Shown in pieces: positions 24,560 through 35,102 of a stretch of DNA of 42,252 nt. Each line of letters opens with the position of its first letter. Positions within the stretch are counted from its first letter, which is position 1. This stretch comes from Parvularia atlantis (taxonomy: Eukaryota), in assembly GCA_943704415.1 (NCBI GenBank), contig CALSCO010000936.1, forward strand, positions 1 through 42,252, read 5' to 3'. The translations under genes were made by a program, and so were the position numbers. A model generated the notes under the pieces. It saw nothing but the letters and a program-made list of their open reading frames with translations, did not search any database and was not told the DNA's origin.

Positions 24560-26808
24560 TCACTGTGCGCCCGCCTGCCTCTCCGCCCGCCACCGCTCGT
24601 GCACCTGTCTGTGATGCTCGAGCTGCCGCCGCAGCTTCTTACTCTTGCTGGCGGAGAGCGCGGCGCCAGTGTGGTCGTGCGTGGGCAGCCCGTCGGCGTC
24701 GAAGGTGCCGTAGGCTGGGTCGGCGCGGAAGAGATGCTCGGGCGGGGTGCTGCGGCGTGCCTCGACCTGCTGCTCGCGGGCGCGTGTGTCGCTGGGCGAC
24801 GGTGCCGGTGCTGGTGGTGCGCTGCCGAGCTTGAGGGAGAACGCGTGCCCAGGCAGGTCCTGGAGGTGCACGCCGAGCGCCGGGAGGACGTCGTCGCGCA
24901 GGCGGTCGCAGGCGCGGAGGAGGTCGGCCGCGGGCACGGAAGGCGCGGAGGCGGCGAGCGCCTTGATCTCGCTGCGGAAGGCGGCGAGGGATGCGGGCAG
25001 CTGGTCGAGCGCGACGGCCGCTGGGGCGGCGAGGGCGATGCGCTGCGTGTCGTCGCCGTCGTGGTAGATGAGGCCCACGGCGTCGAGCAGTGCCTCGAAA
25101 TCGCGCAGGAGGCTGTGCGCGGTGAGCGACCGTAGGGGCTGCGCGGTGCTGGTGGCGGCGTTGATGGCGGCGGCGAGGTCGGTGAGCTGCGCGAGGGCCG
25201 CGGGCGCGTCGAGATCGTTGCCCATGTGCTGCCAGAACTGCTGACGCGCCTCGTGCATGCTGGGTGCGGGGCGAGGATGAGCGAGCGCGGTGTGCTGCGC
25301 GGGGAGAGCGCACCGGTCGAGGAGCTGCTGCTCAAGCGCCTCGGTGGCGGGTGCGCGCTGCGCCCAGGCCGCCGGCCCACCGCTCCTGGCGAGGCGTCGC
25401 AGCGCGCGCACGGCCGTGTCGAGCTTGCTGTCGATGCCGCGCACGTCCTGCATGCGCTCGGGCGCAAAGTCGACCGACGACGCGTAGTGATGCTGCAGGC
25501 AAAACAAGCGAAACAGGCGCGCGTTGTGCTGCTGCAGAAACTCCTGCGGGTGCGGCTGAGTGCGACGAGCGCGCGAGCCGGCCGGACGCACACACCCGGA
25601 TCGTCGTAAAGTTCTTGAGCGACTTGGACATCTTGAGCCCGCGCACATGCAAGTGGCCTGAATGCGCACACACACACACGGTGAGTAAGCGAGCACGCGG
25701 CGCAACGAGCACCCAAACCGGTGTGCGAAAAGTGCCGGCACCAGGCGTGCGTGCCGTGGTACGCCTCGCACTGGGCAATCTCGTTGTCGTGGTGCGGGAA
25801 CTGGAGGTCGATGCCACCCGTGTGCAAGTCGAGCGACTCGCCAAATGCGAGGCTGTGCCGTGATCAGCACCCAGCGGCAGTGCGCAGACAGCGGCGGGAC
25901 GCACGTCGACATGACCGAGCACTCGATGTGCCAGCCCGGCCGGCCGACGGCGAGCCCCGGCGGGCGGAAGACGTACGCGCCCGCGTCGCCATCAACGCTG
26001 ATGGCCTTCCACAGGGCAAAGTCGCTGCGGCTGCGCTTGTCGCCCTCGTGTGCGCCCGCGCCGTCCGCGTCGGGCCCGGCGTCGTGCATGTTGTTGCGCA
26101 GCGGCTGCAGCTGCGGGTAGCGGTGGCCGTGCTGCGCAAAGGCGCGCACATCAAAGTAGACGCTGCCGGACGCGCCCGTGTACGCGAGGCCGCGCTGCAG
26201 CAGGTGCGCGACGAACGCGGCAATCTCGGGCACGACCTCGCTGACGCGCGTGATCGTCGTGGGCGGCTCGACCTGCGCGCGCAGCGCGTGAGCCGCAGCA
26301 GCGTCGACGATCGCACACGCGTCACGCAACGCCCAGTACGCGCATGTCCTCGAGGAAGCGCGTCTCGTAGTGCCGCGCGAGCTCGGGCGCGGGCAGGCCG
26401 CGCTCGCGTGCGCGCGCGACGATCTTGTCGTCGACGTCGGTCATGCCCATGACGAGGCGCACGGCGAGCGGCGTGTCGGGCGCGCGCTCGATCGTGCGCC
26501 GCAGCACGTCCTGGCACACGTACGACCTGCGCCCGGCCCCGCACACTTAGCCAGTCGCGTCGCACAGCGGTGTGCGCTCGCCTGGCGTGGCCGAGATGCG
26601 CGTCGTCGTACACCGTCGGCCCGCACGCGTACCTGCGCACGTGCACACCAGATCAGTCGATGCAGACGTGCACGTGCACGTGCGTGTGCGCGCACCAGCT
26701 CAGCAGCCCCGGCCGCCGCGGCACGAGCGGCTCAATTGCGTGGCTGAGCGAGTTCAACAGGCGCATCTCGCGGGCATGCACTGCGATCTCACTGCGCTTG
26801 CGCTTCAT
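24560..26808 (-). CDS. CARS2: Cysteinyl-tRNA synthetase (CARS2-like catalytic domain)
   Basis: [21 protein letters not shown] (HIGH), [64 protein letters not shown]. Start at 26808 or 26766. Confidence 0.93.
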
Positions 26809-27183
26809 CCATGGTGGCGGTTCAGTTCATACAACGCGCCACAGCGTCGGCGCCGAGAGCCGGCGCGGGTGCGCGCGCAGCTGGGCAAAGGGCGTGTCGG
26901 GCGTGCTGAAGTGGAGCATGCGCTGGCGCTCGCGCATGCTGCGCTCCTGCGCTGCCTGTGAACGGGTTGAGGGGCGCGGATTGGGCGCGAACGAGCACGT
27001 CCCGAAGAAGCTGAACAGGCCCCCACGCCCCGCCGAGCAGCACAAACAGCTGCACGGCGCCGCTGTGTGGCACAGCAGCTCCGACTCCTCGCCACTTGTG
27101 CCTGAAACATGCATGAAGCACGCCTGAAACCCTGCCCGCCATGCCGACATTCGCCGCTCTCCCCACCCGTGCGAACGCGCAAG

Positions 27184-27861
27184 ATGCTGCTGCGCGCCGC
27201 CGCCGTCGGCCGCCGCTTCCTGGCGACGCCGCCGACGTTCTTCTACACGGCCGAGGCCGTGGCGGCGGGCGCGGGCCGCAACGGCACCGTGCGCGTGCCC
27301 GAGAACGCGTTCGAGGCCAAGATGGTGACGCCGCCGGCCCTCGGCGGCAAGGGCATCCAGCCGGGCGAGCTCGCGTTCAACCCGGAGCTGTTCTTCGCGT
27401 CGGGCTACGCGGTGCGCGAGTGACGTGCGCGGCGCCGCGGTTTTTTTTTGTCACACACTGAACGTCGCAAACATGTCACACGACAGTCGTGCTTCCTGGG
27501 CACGATGGGCGCCGTCGCCAACAAGGCCATCGGCAAGGCGCGTCGTCGGCGGTCATGCGTCAGCGCTGATGCTGACACGGACGCGACGCAGGCCATGCCG
27601 GGCGACACGTCGCTCACGTCGCTCGTGCACCTCGGCCGCGACACGGCCGGCGGCCTCAAGCTCGCCGTCGAGCTCAAGCTCAAGGCGCCGAGCCTGAGCA
27701 AGGACGAGGCGCAGAAGCTGGTGGGCGCGGCGCATGAGGCCTGCGTCTATTCGGTGCGCGCGGGTGCCGTGCTTGTGGCGCTCGCTGACGACGCCGCGGC
27801 GCGGCCCGCTGCCCAGAAGGCGATCCGCAACAACGTCGACGTCAAGCTGACCGTGCAGTGA
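27184..27861 (+). CDS. ohr: Organic hydroperoxide resistance protein (Ohr/OsmC family) with probable mitochondrial presequence
   Basis: MLLRAAAVGRRFLAT presequence-like start; YTAEAVA.G.GRNG, P.ALGG, NPELFFASGYASCF, AHEACVYSKAIRNNVDVKL; three introns. Confidence 0.9.
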
Positions 27862-27984
27862 GCGCCCCGAGGGAAGCCCGTGGCTATGTCTGTCTTCGCG
27901 GCCAGTGCAGATCACACCCGGCCGCGCGGCAGCACCACACGGCAGATCGATCGGCGCGGGCTAGAATGACAACAAAACAGTGCA

Positions 27985-29952
27985 TCAGGGCAGGGCAGCG
28001 AACGAGCGGTCCTTCTCGAGAACGCGGTAAGTGTCCTCAATCACGGTCAGCTTGGTCTCTGCGGCGAGGCGCGTCAGATCCAGTGCTGCCGACCAGCACG
28101 CACGCACGCACCGGGGATGAACAGGTAGATGAACAACTCGGCCACGAGCGACAGGCCCGCAAACAGGAAGAACGGCGTGGCGTCGCCCAGGCCAACCTGC
28201 ATGCTCGGGAAAGTCTGCGCGAGCCGCAGCGTCAGCGTCAGCGAGGCGCAGGGGCGACGCAAAGAGCGGCAGCACAACAGCACAGGCACACCGGCGCGAA
28301 TCACGAGCGCGGCGCACCTGCACGATGATGATGTTGAAGACGGCGCCAAAAGTCGCCGCGGTCGTCAGCCCCACCGCGCGTACGGGCACGGGGAAGATCT
28401 CGCTCTCGATCACGGGCGGCACGGGCCCGAGCCCCGGCGAGTACGCGCACTTGAACAGGATTAGCCTGGCGCCGCACGGTCAGGTCCAGTTCACCCCGCA
28501 TGCGCGCGCAGGACCACGACGCACCCGCCAAACGCGAGCCACGCGCCCGCGACATTGCTGTCTGGCAGCGAGTAGCTCACGCCGATGACGAGTAGCGCTA
28601 ATAGGAGCGGCGGGATGGTCACGAGCAGCATCAGCCGGCGCCCGAGCACGTCCAGCCAGCGCGAGCCGAGCGACATGAACGGCATCTGCGTGACGTAGAT
28701 GATGATGGAGCCCAGGAGCGCGCTCGAGTTACTCGACAGGCCCAGCCGCTGGAAGAGCGCCTCGATGCCGCTGTCTTTGAGGATCGTCGCGGTGTAGAAC
28801 GTGACGGCCTGCGAGCCCGTAAACTGCTGGAAGAACTCGAGCATGATGCAGATGAGCATCGCGCGCCGCGCGACCGCGTCAAACAGCAGCATCTTGGCCG
28901 ACGCGAGCCACTCGCCAGCCGCGCCCGCGTGCTGCTGCTGCGGCGGCCCCGCCAGCAGCGGCGTGCTCTCGCTCGACGTGCTGGCCAGCAGCGACGACGA
29001 CTTTGAGTCGCTCCCGAGCTTGTTGCGCGGCGGGTCGGCGCCATCGATGAGCGCGGGCGTGCCGTTGATGCCCAACTCGACGTCGCCAAAGACGCCGCGC
29101 ACGATTGTCAGCAGCTCATCGTTGACGTCGGCCGTGGCGCGCAGGCGCACGAGCACGCGGCGCGCCTCGGCATAGCGGCGACGGCGCACGAGGAAGCGCG
29201 GCGACTCTGGCAGGAACGGGAGCATCGCGAGCACGACGACGGCGAGCACCGAGACGATCCCGAGCATGAGCCGCCAGTCGTCTGCGCCGGAGAGCGACAC
29301 TGCAAAGTTGACGAGGTACGAGAGCAGGATGCCGACGACGAGCATCGTGTACGAGAGCGAGACGAGGTAGCCGCGGATGTCGGGCGGGGCGCACTCGGAC
29401 ACGAAGAGCGGGACTGGCGCCACGCACGCGCTTCGTCAGGATCGGCCCACATGTGGCGCGCGGCGCGCACCGTTGACCGTGTTGATGCCCGCCGCGAAGC
29501 CCGTCACGAAGCGCGCCATGATCAGCACCTCGACCGTGGGGCTCCACCACAGCACGGCGCCGGCGCCGGCGAAGAGCGCGGCGGCGATGATCATCGGGAT
29601 GCGGCGGCCGAGGAACGAGAGCGAAACGAGCACGCCGGCGGTCGTGCCGTACAGCAGCATCGCCGTCACAAGGCCCTCGAGCGCGTCGTCGTCGGGGAAG
29701 AACTCGTCGCGGATGAAGAGCAGCGCGCCGTTGTACGTGCCCTGGTTGTACCCCTGTCGCATCGTTCGCGATCAGCGAAGCTCTGGACGAGCACGCGAGA
29801 CGGCGCGCACACCTGCAGGGCGATCAGCACGAGCACGACGAGCACGACATCGATCACGATTCAGCACCGTGGCGCACGCAGACGCAGGCGGCGCGCACCT
29901 GGACGACGTAGGCGCAGCACGCGGCGACCGCGACGAGCACGACGTCGCGCAT
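27985..29952 (-). CDS. MFS sugar porter family transporter
   Basis: GYNQG, LGRR, ARFVTGFAAG, PLFVSECAPPDIRG, PESPRFL, FQQFTG, DVLGRR, GLGPVP.VIESEIFP..VR, PETK. Confidence 0.92.
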
Positions 29953-29996
29953 AGCAGCCGCCCCTTCCTCGCAGCTACCAACTTCGACGGTCGAAG

Positions 29997-31798
29997 ATGC
30001 TACGGCGGCTGCGTACAGGCGCGTCGTTCGCGACGTCGGCGGCGCCGCGGGCCGTGCGCGCCGCGTCGCCTGCGCCGTCCCCCTCGCCGCCCGCCTCGGC
30101 CGTGACGGGCGTCGACGAGGCACGCGTCACGTTCACGCCGGCGGCGCCCGCGTCGGCCGCGGCCTCGGCCGTGTCGCCCGTCGCCAGCCTCGCCGCGCGC
30201 CAGATGCTCGCGCGGCTGCGGGCGCAGTACGAGGCGGCGCGCGGATGCGCGGCGTGTCTCGAGGCCGGCTCGTACGCGTGTCTCGAGGTGCGCGACGTGG
30301 TTGGCGGACGGGGGGGATGGCGCCCGTCGTCGCTCACGGCGCGTGTCGATAGCCCGACGCGTGCCGCACGCCGCCGGCCGACCGGCTGCTGCTCGAGCAC
30401 GTGCGGCAGCTGTACCTGGACACGGTCGACCTCGCCAGCCCGCGCGAGAAGGTCGAGTACAGCTACCCGGGTGCGTCCGCTGACGGGCGACGGCTCACTT
30501 ACGGCTCGTGCTGACGGACTCGAGGAGTGGCGATTGCTCGTTGAGCGGCCTCTGTGCGCGCTGATCGCGGGTGGTGTGGCGATCGCTGGTTGGGTGGTGA
30601 TCCTCTCTGCTCGTCTCGCCCTCGCTCTCGCTCGTGTCGCCGTTGATCGCACTCGCCCTCGATCGCACACGCCCACGCACGCAACGCACGCCGACACGCC
30701 GCGCCGCCACAGCCCAGATCGCAAGCTCCGAGGTCAGCTTTCTGTCGTGGCAGAGCTACCTGATCACGCGCGGGTTCAACCTGTCCGAGCTGCAGCGCAC
30801 GCATCGGCACCTCTCCAAGCCGCTCTCGTGCGCGCCGCCCCCGTGCTGCGGCGCCGCTCACGCCCGCCGGCAGGTACCCGATCACGATCGCCCAGTTCCT
30901 CTCGCGCAAGAACCTGCCGTTCACCGAGCTCGGCGCCGAGTTTTTCGACGGTGTGCGGCAAGCTGGCCGCCGTGCGTTGTGCCCTGACGCACCAACGCGC
31001 GCACAGCGCTCCGCCGCAAGGTGTGGAGCGACTCGGACCAGCTCGTGCGCATCTGCCTGCTCGGCGTGCGCGCCGAGGCGACGCTGCCCGCGAGCAACTG
31101 GATCGAGCTGTCGCTGCTCTTCCCGAAGGCGGTGCGTGCCTGTGTTGGGCGTGCATGCGCGCGCGAGAGTGTGCTGACGGGCGGGCGCAGCAATTCGAGC
31201 TGCTCATGGTCGGGCCTGAGATGCCCGCGGAATTTGACGGAAGGAGAGTGCAGCTATCGCCCAACATCGTCGTCAAGTACATCGGCAAGGTGCGCGCGAC
31301 GCCTTCCGCCGCACGTCGAGCCCTCTCACGCCCACATCGCCACACAGCTGTACCATCGCGTGCACGACGAGCTCATGGTCACCGACAAGTTGCCGGACCT
31401 GTACGTCGCATTCAACCCCGGGCTCGGACACAAGTTTACCGAGCCGTACTGGACGCCGACGATGCGGTGCGCAGTGCCCAGCCACAGTGCGCTGCTGACG
31501 CGCTGCGCAGCTACCTGTACGAGACCAAGCGGCCGCTGCTCATCACGTCGCACAGCGAAGCCGACGGCGCGAGCGACCTGGCCGCGATCGAACGCAGCGA
31601 CCGCAAGCAGCGCTGGCTATTTCTGCTGCCGCAGGTGCAGTCTGACCGGCGCGCATCTGAAGCCGAGCTGCTCACAGCTGGGCTGCGCAGATGCTCAACC
31701 CGTTCCGCTCGCTCCGGCCGGACGTGCATCAGGACGACGTGCGCGACATCATCTGGGCCAACCACTCGGTCATGGTCGTCGCGCCCGGGTGGCAGTAG
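29997..31798 (+). CDS. MSS51: MSS51-family mitochondrial COX1 translation/assembly factor
   Basis: Presequence-like MLRRLRTGASF; DLASPR...SWQSYLITRGF...LSYPITIAQFL, ICLLGVRAEATLP, LMVGPE, FNPGLGH, YETKRPLLITSH, NPFRS, consistent with fungal Mss51 motifs as recalled. Confidence 0.75.
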
Positions 31799-31888
31799 GG
31801 GCGGCGGGAGGCCCGGTGGTATGGTGCGGGAGGCGCTCAGAGACGGGAAAAAAATGGAGCATGTACAAGTGCAGCCACGTGCACAAAC

Positions 31889-33442
31889 TCACGCGACCGG
31901 CAGCGTGCCCGCGAGCGCCTGGCGCAGGTCGTCCTGCTCGTCCAGCGCCTCGAGCAGCGTGTTGGACAGGCTGTCGATGCGCGCCTGCACCTCGGCCAGC
32001 ACGCCGCGCAGCTGCTCGACGGACATCGCCATGAGCGACTCTGCGCGCGCTCCGTGGTCAGCGTGCGATCACCACAACGACGACAGCGCACCCTCCGTGT
32101 AGCCAATGACGACGCCTGCCTGCGGCGTGACCGGCACCGTGCGCACGGGGCTTGATGGCGGCGCGGCGGTGAGCTTGCGTGGCGACGCGGGCGACGAGGC
32201 CGGCGCGTCGACCTTGGCGGCAACGCGGCGCATGCGCGCAAACGGCCCCTCGTACGTGCCCTTGAACGGCGCAGTGATCGCGTCCCGCGTCGCGAGGAAC
32301 AGCTGCCAGATGTGCGAGCTACTGGGCCGCTTTAGGGGTGCCTGCAAGGGCAGGGCACACGGCGCGCACCTGCCCAGCACGTCCTTCTCTATGGGCAGCC
32401 CCTCGGCCGCGCCCACTGCCGGCGTGCCCGGGTTGAAGGCGCGCTCGAGCGTTCGCGCGACGTCTCCCGGTGCCATCGCTGGCGTGGCTGCCGACGCGGC
32501 TGCTGGCGCAGTTGTCGGTGGCGCGGCCGATGCCGCCGCAGGCTGGTCGAACGCGCCAAAGTCGTCCGATGCTGCCGCGGGCTGGTCGAACGCGCCAAAG
32601 TCGTCTGCGTCTGGTTTGACTGCCGGTTGGTCGAAGCCGCTGCCCGCTGCTGGCTCTGCGGCTGCTGCTGTCGGCTCGAACGGGTCAAAGCCGCTGCCCG
32701 CTGCTGATGGTGCAGCCGAGAAGGAACTAAACGGGTCGAAGCCCGTCGCTGCTGGCTCTGCGGCTGCTGCTGTCGGCTCAAACGGGTCAAAGCCGCTGCC
32801 CGCTGCTGATGGTGCAGCCGAGAAGGAACTAAACGGGTCGAAGCCGTCGCTGCCCACCGCTGCTGGAACTGCGGCTGCTGCTGTCGGCTCGAACGGGTCA
32901 ACCGGGTCAACTGGGTCAACCGGGTCGAACGGGTCGAACGCGTCCTTGGCTGCTGGCGCTGGGGCAGCCGAGAACGACCCGAACGGGTCGTGGTGGTCGC
33001 TGCCTGGCACTGCTGTGGCTGCTGGCGTCGGGTCGAACGGGCCAAAGGCGCTCGCGGTGGTCGTCGACGCAGCAGCCGAGAACGAGCCGCTCGTTGCAGC
33101 TGTCGCCACGAACGGGTCGAATGGGTCGCTTGTCGAAGCAGCAGCCGGGATCCGCTCGCTTGTCGAAGCAGCAGCCGGGATCCGCTCGCTTGTCGAAGCA
33201 GCAGCCGGGATCCGCTCGCTTGTCGAAGCAGCAGCCGGGAACTCGTTCGTGGCCCCACTGGCCCGGTCCTCGAAGACGCCCCCGGCCGCAGGCTCCGCGA
33301 CGGCCGCGGCGGCGTCGAACGCGCCGTCCGCCGGCAGCGCAAAGTCGGCGACGTCGTCGTCTGCGGCCAGCGCGGGCGCCTCAAGCTCGGCGCTCTCGAA
33401 GAGCTCGTCGAGCCACTCCTTCGACGCCGACGCCACCGGCAT
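31889..33442 (-). CDS. Disordered clathrin-adaptor-binding-like protein (multiple DPF/FDPF and DDFGAF motifs) with C-terminal coiled coil
   Basis: Many DPF motifs, two DDFGAF; last exon ESLMAMSVEQLRGVLAEVQARIDSLSNTLLEALDEQDDL. Alternative start at 33541. Confidence 0.65.
32646..32900. repeat. Coding minisatellite, ~102-111 nt period, ~2.5 copies
   Basis: Encodes repeated GFDPFSSFSAAPSAAGSGFDPFEPTAAAA; units start near 32646, 32748 and 32859. Confidence 0.85.
33126..33240. repeat. Coding 30-nt tandem repeat, ~3.8 copies
   Basis: TCGCTTGTCGAAGCAGCAGCCGGGATCCGC units encoding PAAASTSERI on the minus strand. Confidence 0.95.
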
Positions 33443-33561
33443 CACCGACGACAACGACGACGACGACGACGAGGGAGGTGGCGCGGCACGGCGCGACGGC
33501 GCGCGGCGGACGTGGCGGGCAGCACGAGACGCGTCACCCATCTGCCGCACAAAGCGCCTCG

Positions 33562-33648
33562 CTAACGACGATGCCGGTCGCGATCGCGATCGCGAGAGCG
33601 GCTGCGTCGGCGCTCGCGGTCGCGCTCACGGTCGCGGTCGCGGTCGCG

Positions 33649-33681
<33 letters not shown>

Positions 33682-34946
33682 ACGCGAGCGGCTGCGACGA
33701 CGGTCGCGGTCGCGGTCGCGGTCACGCGAGCGGCTGCGACGACGATCACGGTCGCGGTTGCGGTCGCGGTCACGGTCGCGGTCGCGGTCGGGCGAACGCG
33801 ATCGACGTGGCGGGCTGCACGCGGCGTCAGCACCATGCGCAGCCCACGCGAAGACGACGTGCCTGCGGTCTCGCCTGTCCTCGTCGTCGTCGTCGGCGGC
33901 GGCCTTGCCCGGCTTAGCGGCCGCACCCTGCTGTGCCTCGTCGTGCTCTCTAAGCGTGCGCTCGACCTCGCGCATGATCGGGACGGGGATGGTCGGCAGC
34001 ATCGAGTTGCCAAACTTCTTCTGCGTCAGCAGCTCGCACACAAACTTGCCGACGGTGCTGCGGTGGCGCGCGCGCTGCTCGTGAGCAGACAGGCGTCCTC
34101 CGGGGCGGGCGTGAGGGAGCAGCGGCGGGCAGAAAACAGGAAGAGCAGCACTGGCACGCACGCATGGGACGGGATCGACGGCTGCCGCTGCGCGCACTTT
34201 GGGCCAGGCTGACGCGTGCATCTGGCGCGTCCGTGGCCCCTCCCCTCCATCCACCACCCAACCCGGGGGGGGGGGGGGAGGCACCGCGCACTTACGATGG
34301 CGGGACGCGGCCCGAGCGCACTTGCACCGGCTGGTCGTCGTCGAGAAAGTCGGCGAACCAGTCCTGCGACGCACGCGCGACTGAGCGAGACTGCATCGCC
34401 CCACGTGTGTGCACGCCGCACCATCAGCTTGGCCGGCGGGTGCGTGTAGCGCAGGTACAGGAAGCCGACGCATCGCACGAAGCTGCGCCATCGGCCGTTG
34501 AGCAGTCGCAATCGAGCGCAGCGAGCGACGCACGCGTTGTCCGAGCGCGCGACCATCATCTCCATCTGCCGCACGGTCACGCCGACCGTCCACAGCTTGT
34601 ACAGCAGGCAGTAGGCCGACGACACGGTCGAGTACGGCGTCGGCGAGTTGGAGATGAACGGCTCTGCGGCAGCAGCGTCAGCGGCACGGCCGGCGCGGGC
34701 GGCGCCGCACCGAGGAACTTGACGCGCTCCTTGATCTCGTCGATGACCTCGTCGAACGTCTCGAGGATGCTGCCCCCCCCCCGGCAAGAGGGGTCGGGTC
34801 AGTCGGGTGCGACCAGGTAGGAAAAAAAGACGGGCGCACTGCAGATTCTTGTAGTAGGACGAGCTGAGGATGTTCTTGTGCACGATCTCGTTCAGGTTCA
34901 TCGTCTCGGCGTTGCCCCACGTCTCGAGCTCGTTCGCGCGCCCCAT
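33562..34946 (-). CDS. PRPF38B: Pre-mRNA splicing factor PRP38B-like with RD/RS tail
   Basis: LETWGNAETMNLN...NILSSSYYK, VSSAYCLLYKLWT, FVRCVGFLYLRYTHPP, DWFADFLDD, MLPTIPVP; C-terminal (RD)n/RSRS. Confidence 0.9.
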
Positions 34947-35060
34947 TCGCGCCCTGCGCCCCACGCGCCACGCGCGCCGCGCGGCCCCAGGTCAGCCGCC
35001 TTCACGGTCGCTTCCCGAACGCGGCCCGTACGTTCCCCCCGCCAGCGGCCGTTGCACGCG

Positions 35061-35070
35061 GCCAATCAGC
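35061..35070. promoter_or_regulatory. CCAAT box in the divergent PRP38B/UFSP2 promoter
   Basis: GCCAATCAGC matches the NF-Y consensus and lies in the ~156-nt head-to-head gap. Confidence 0.4.
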
Positions 35071-35102
35071 CGCCACCCAGCATGGACGGCGAGTGACATC
35101 AC

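Noticed and set aside
33570..33790. CGGTCG/CGGTCT hexamer repeats as a satellite or telomere-like array
   Set aside because: They encode the RD/RS tail of PRP38B.
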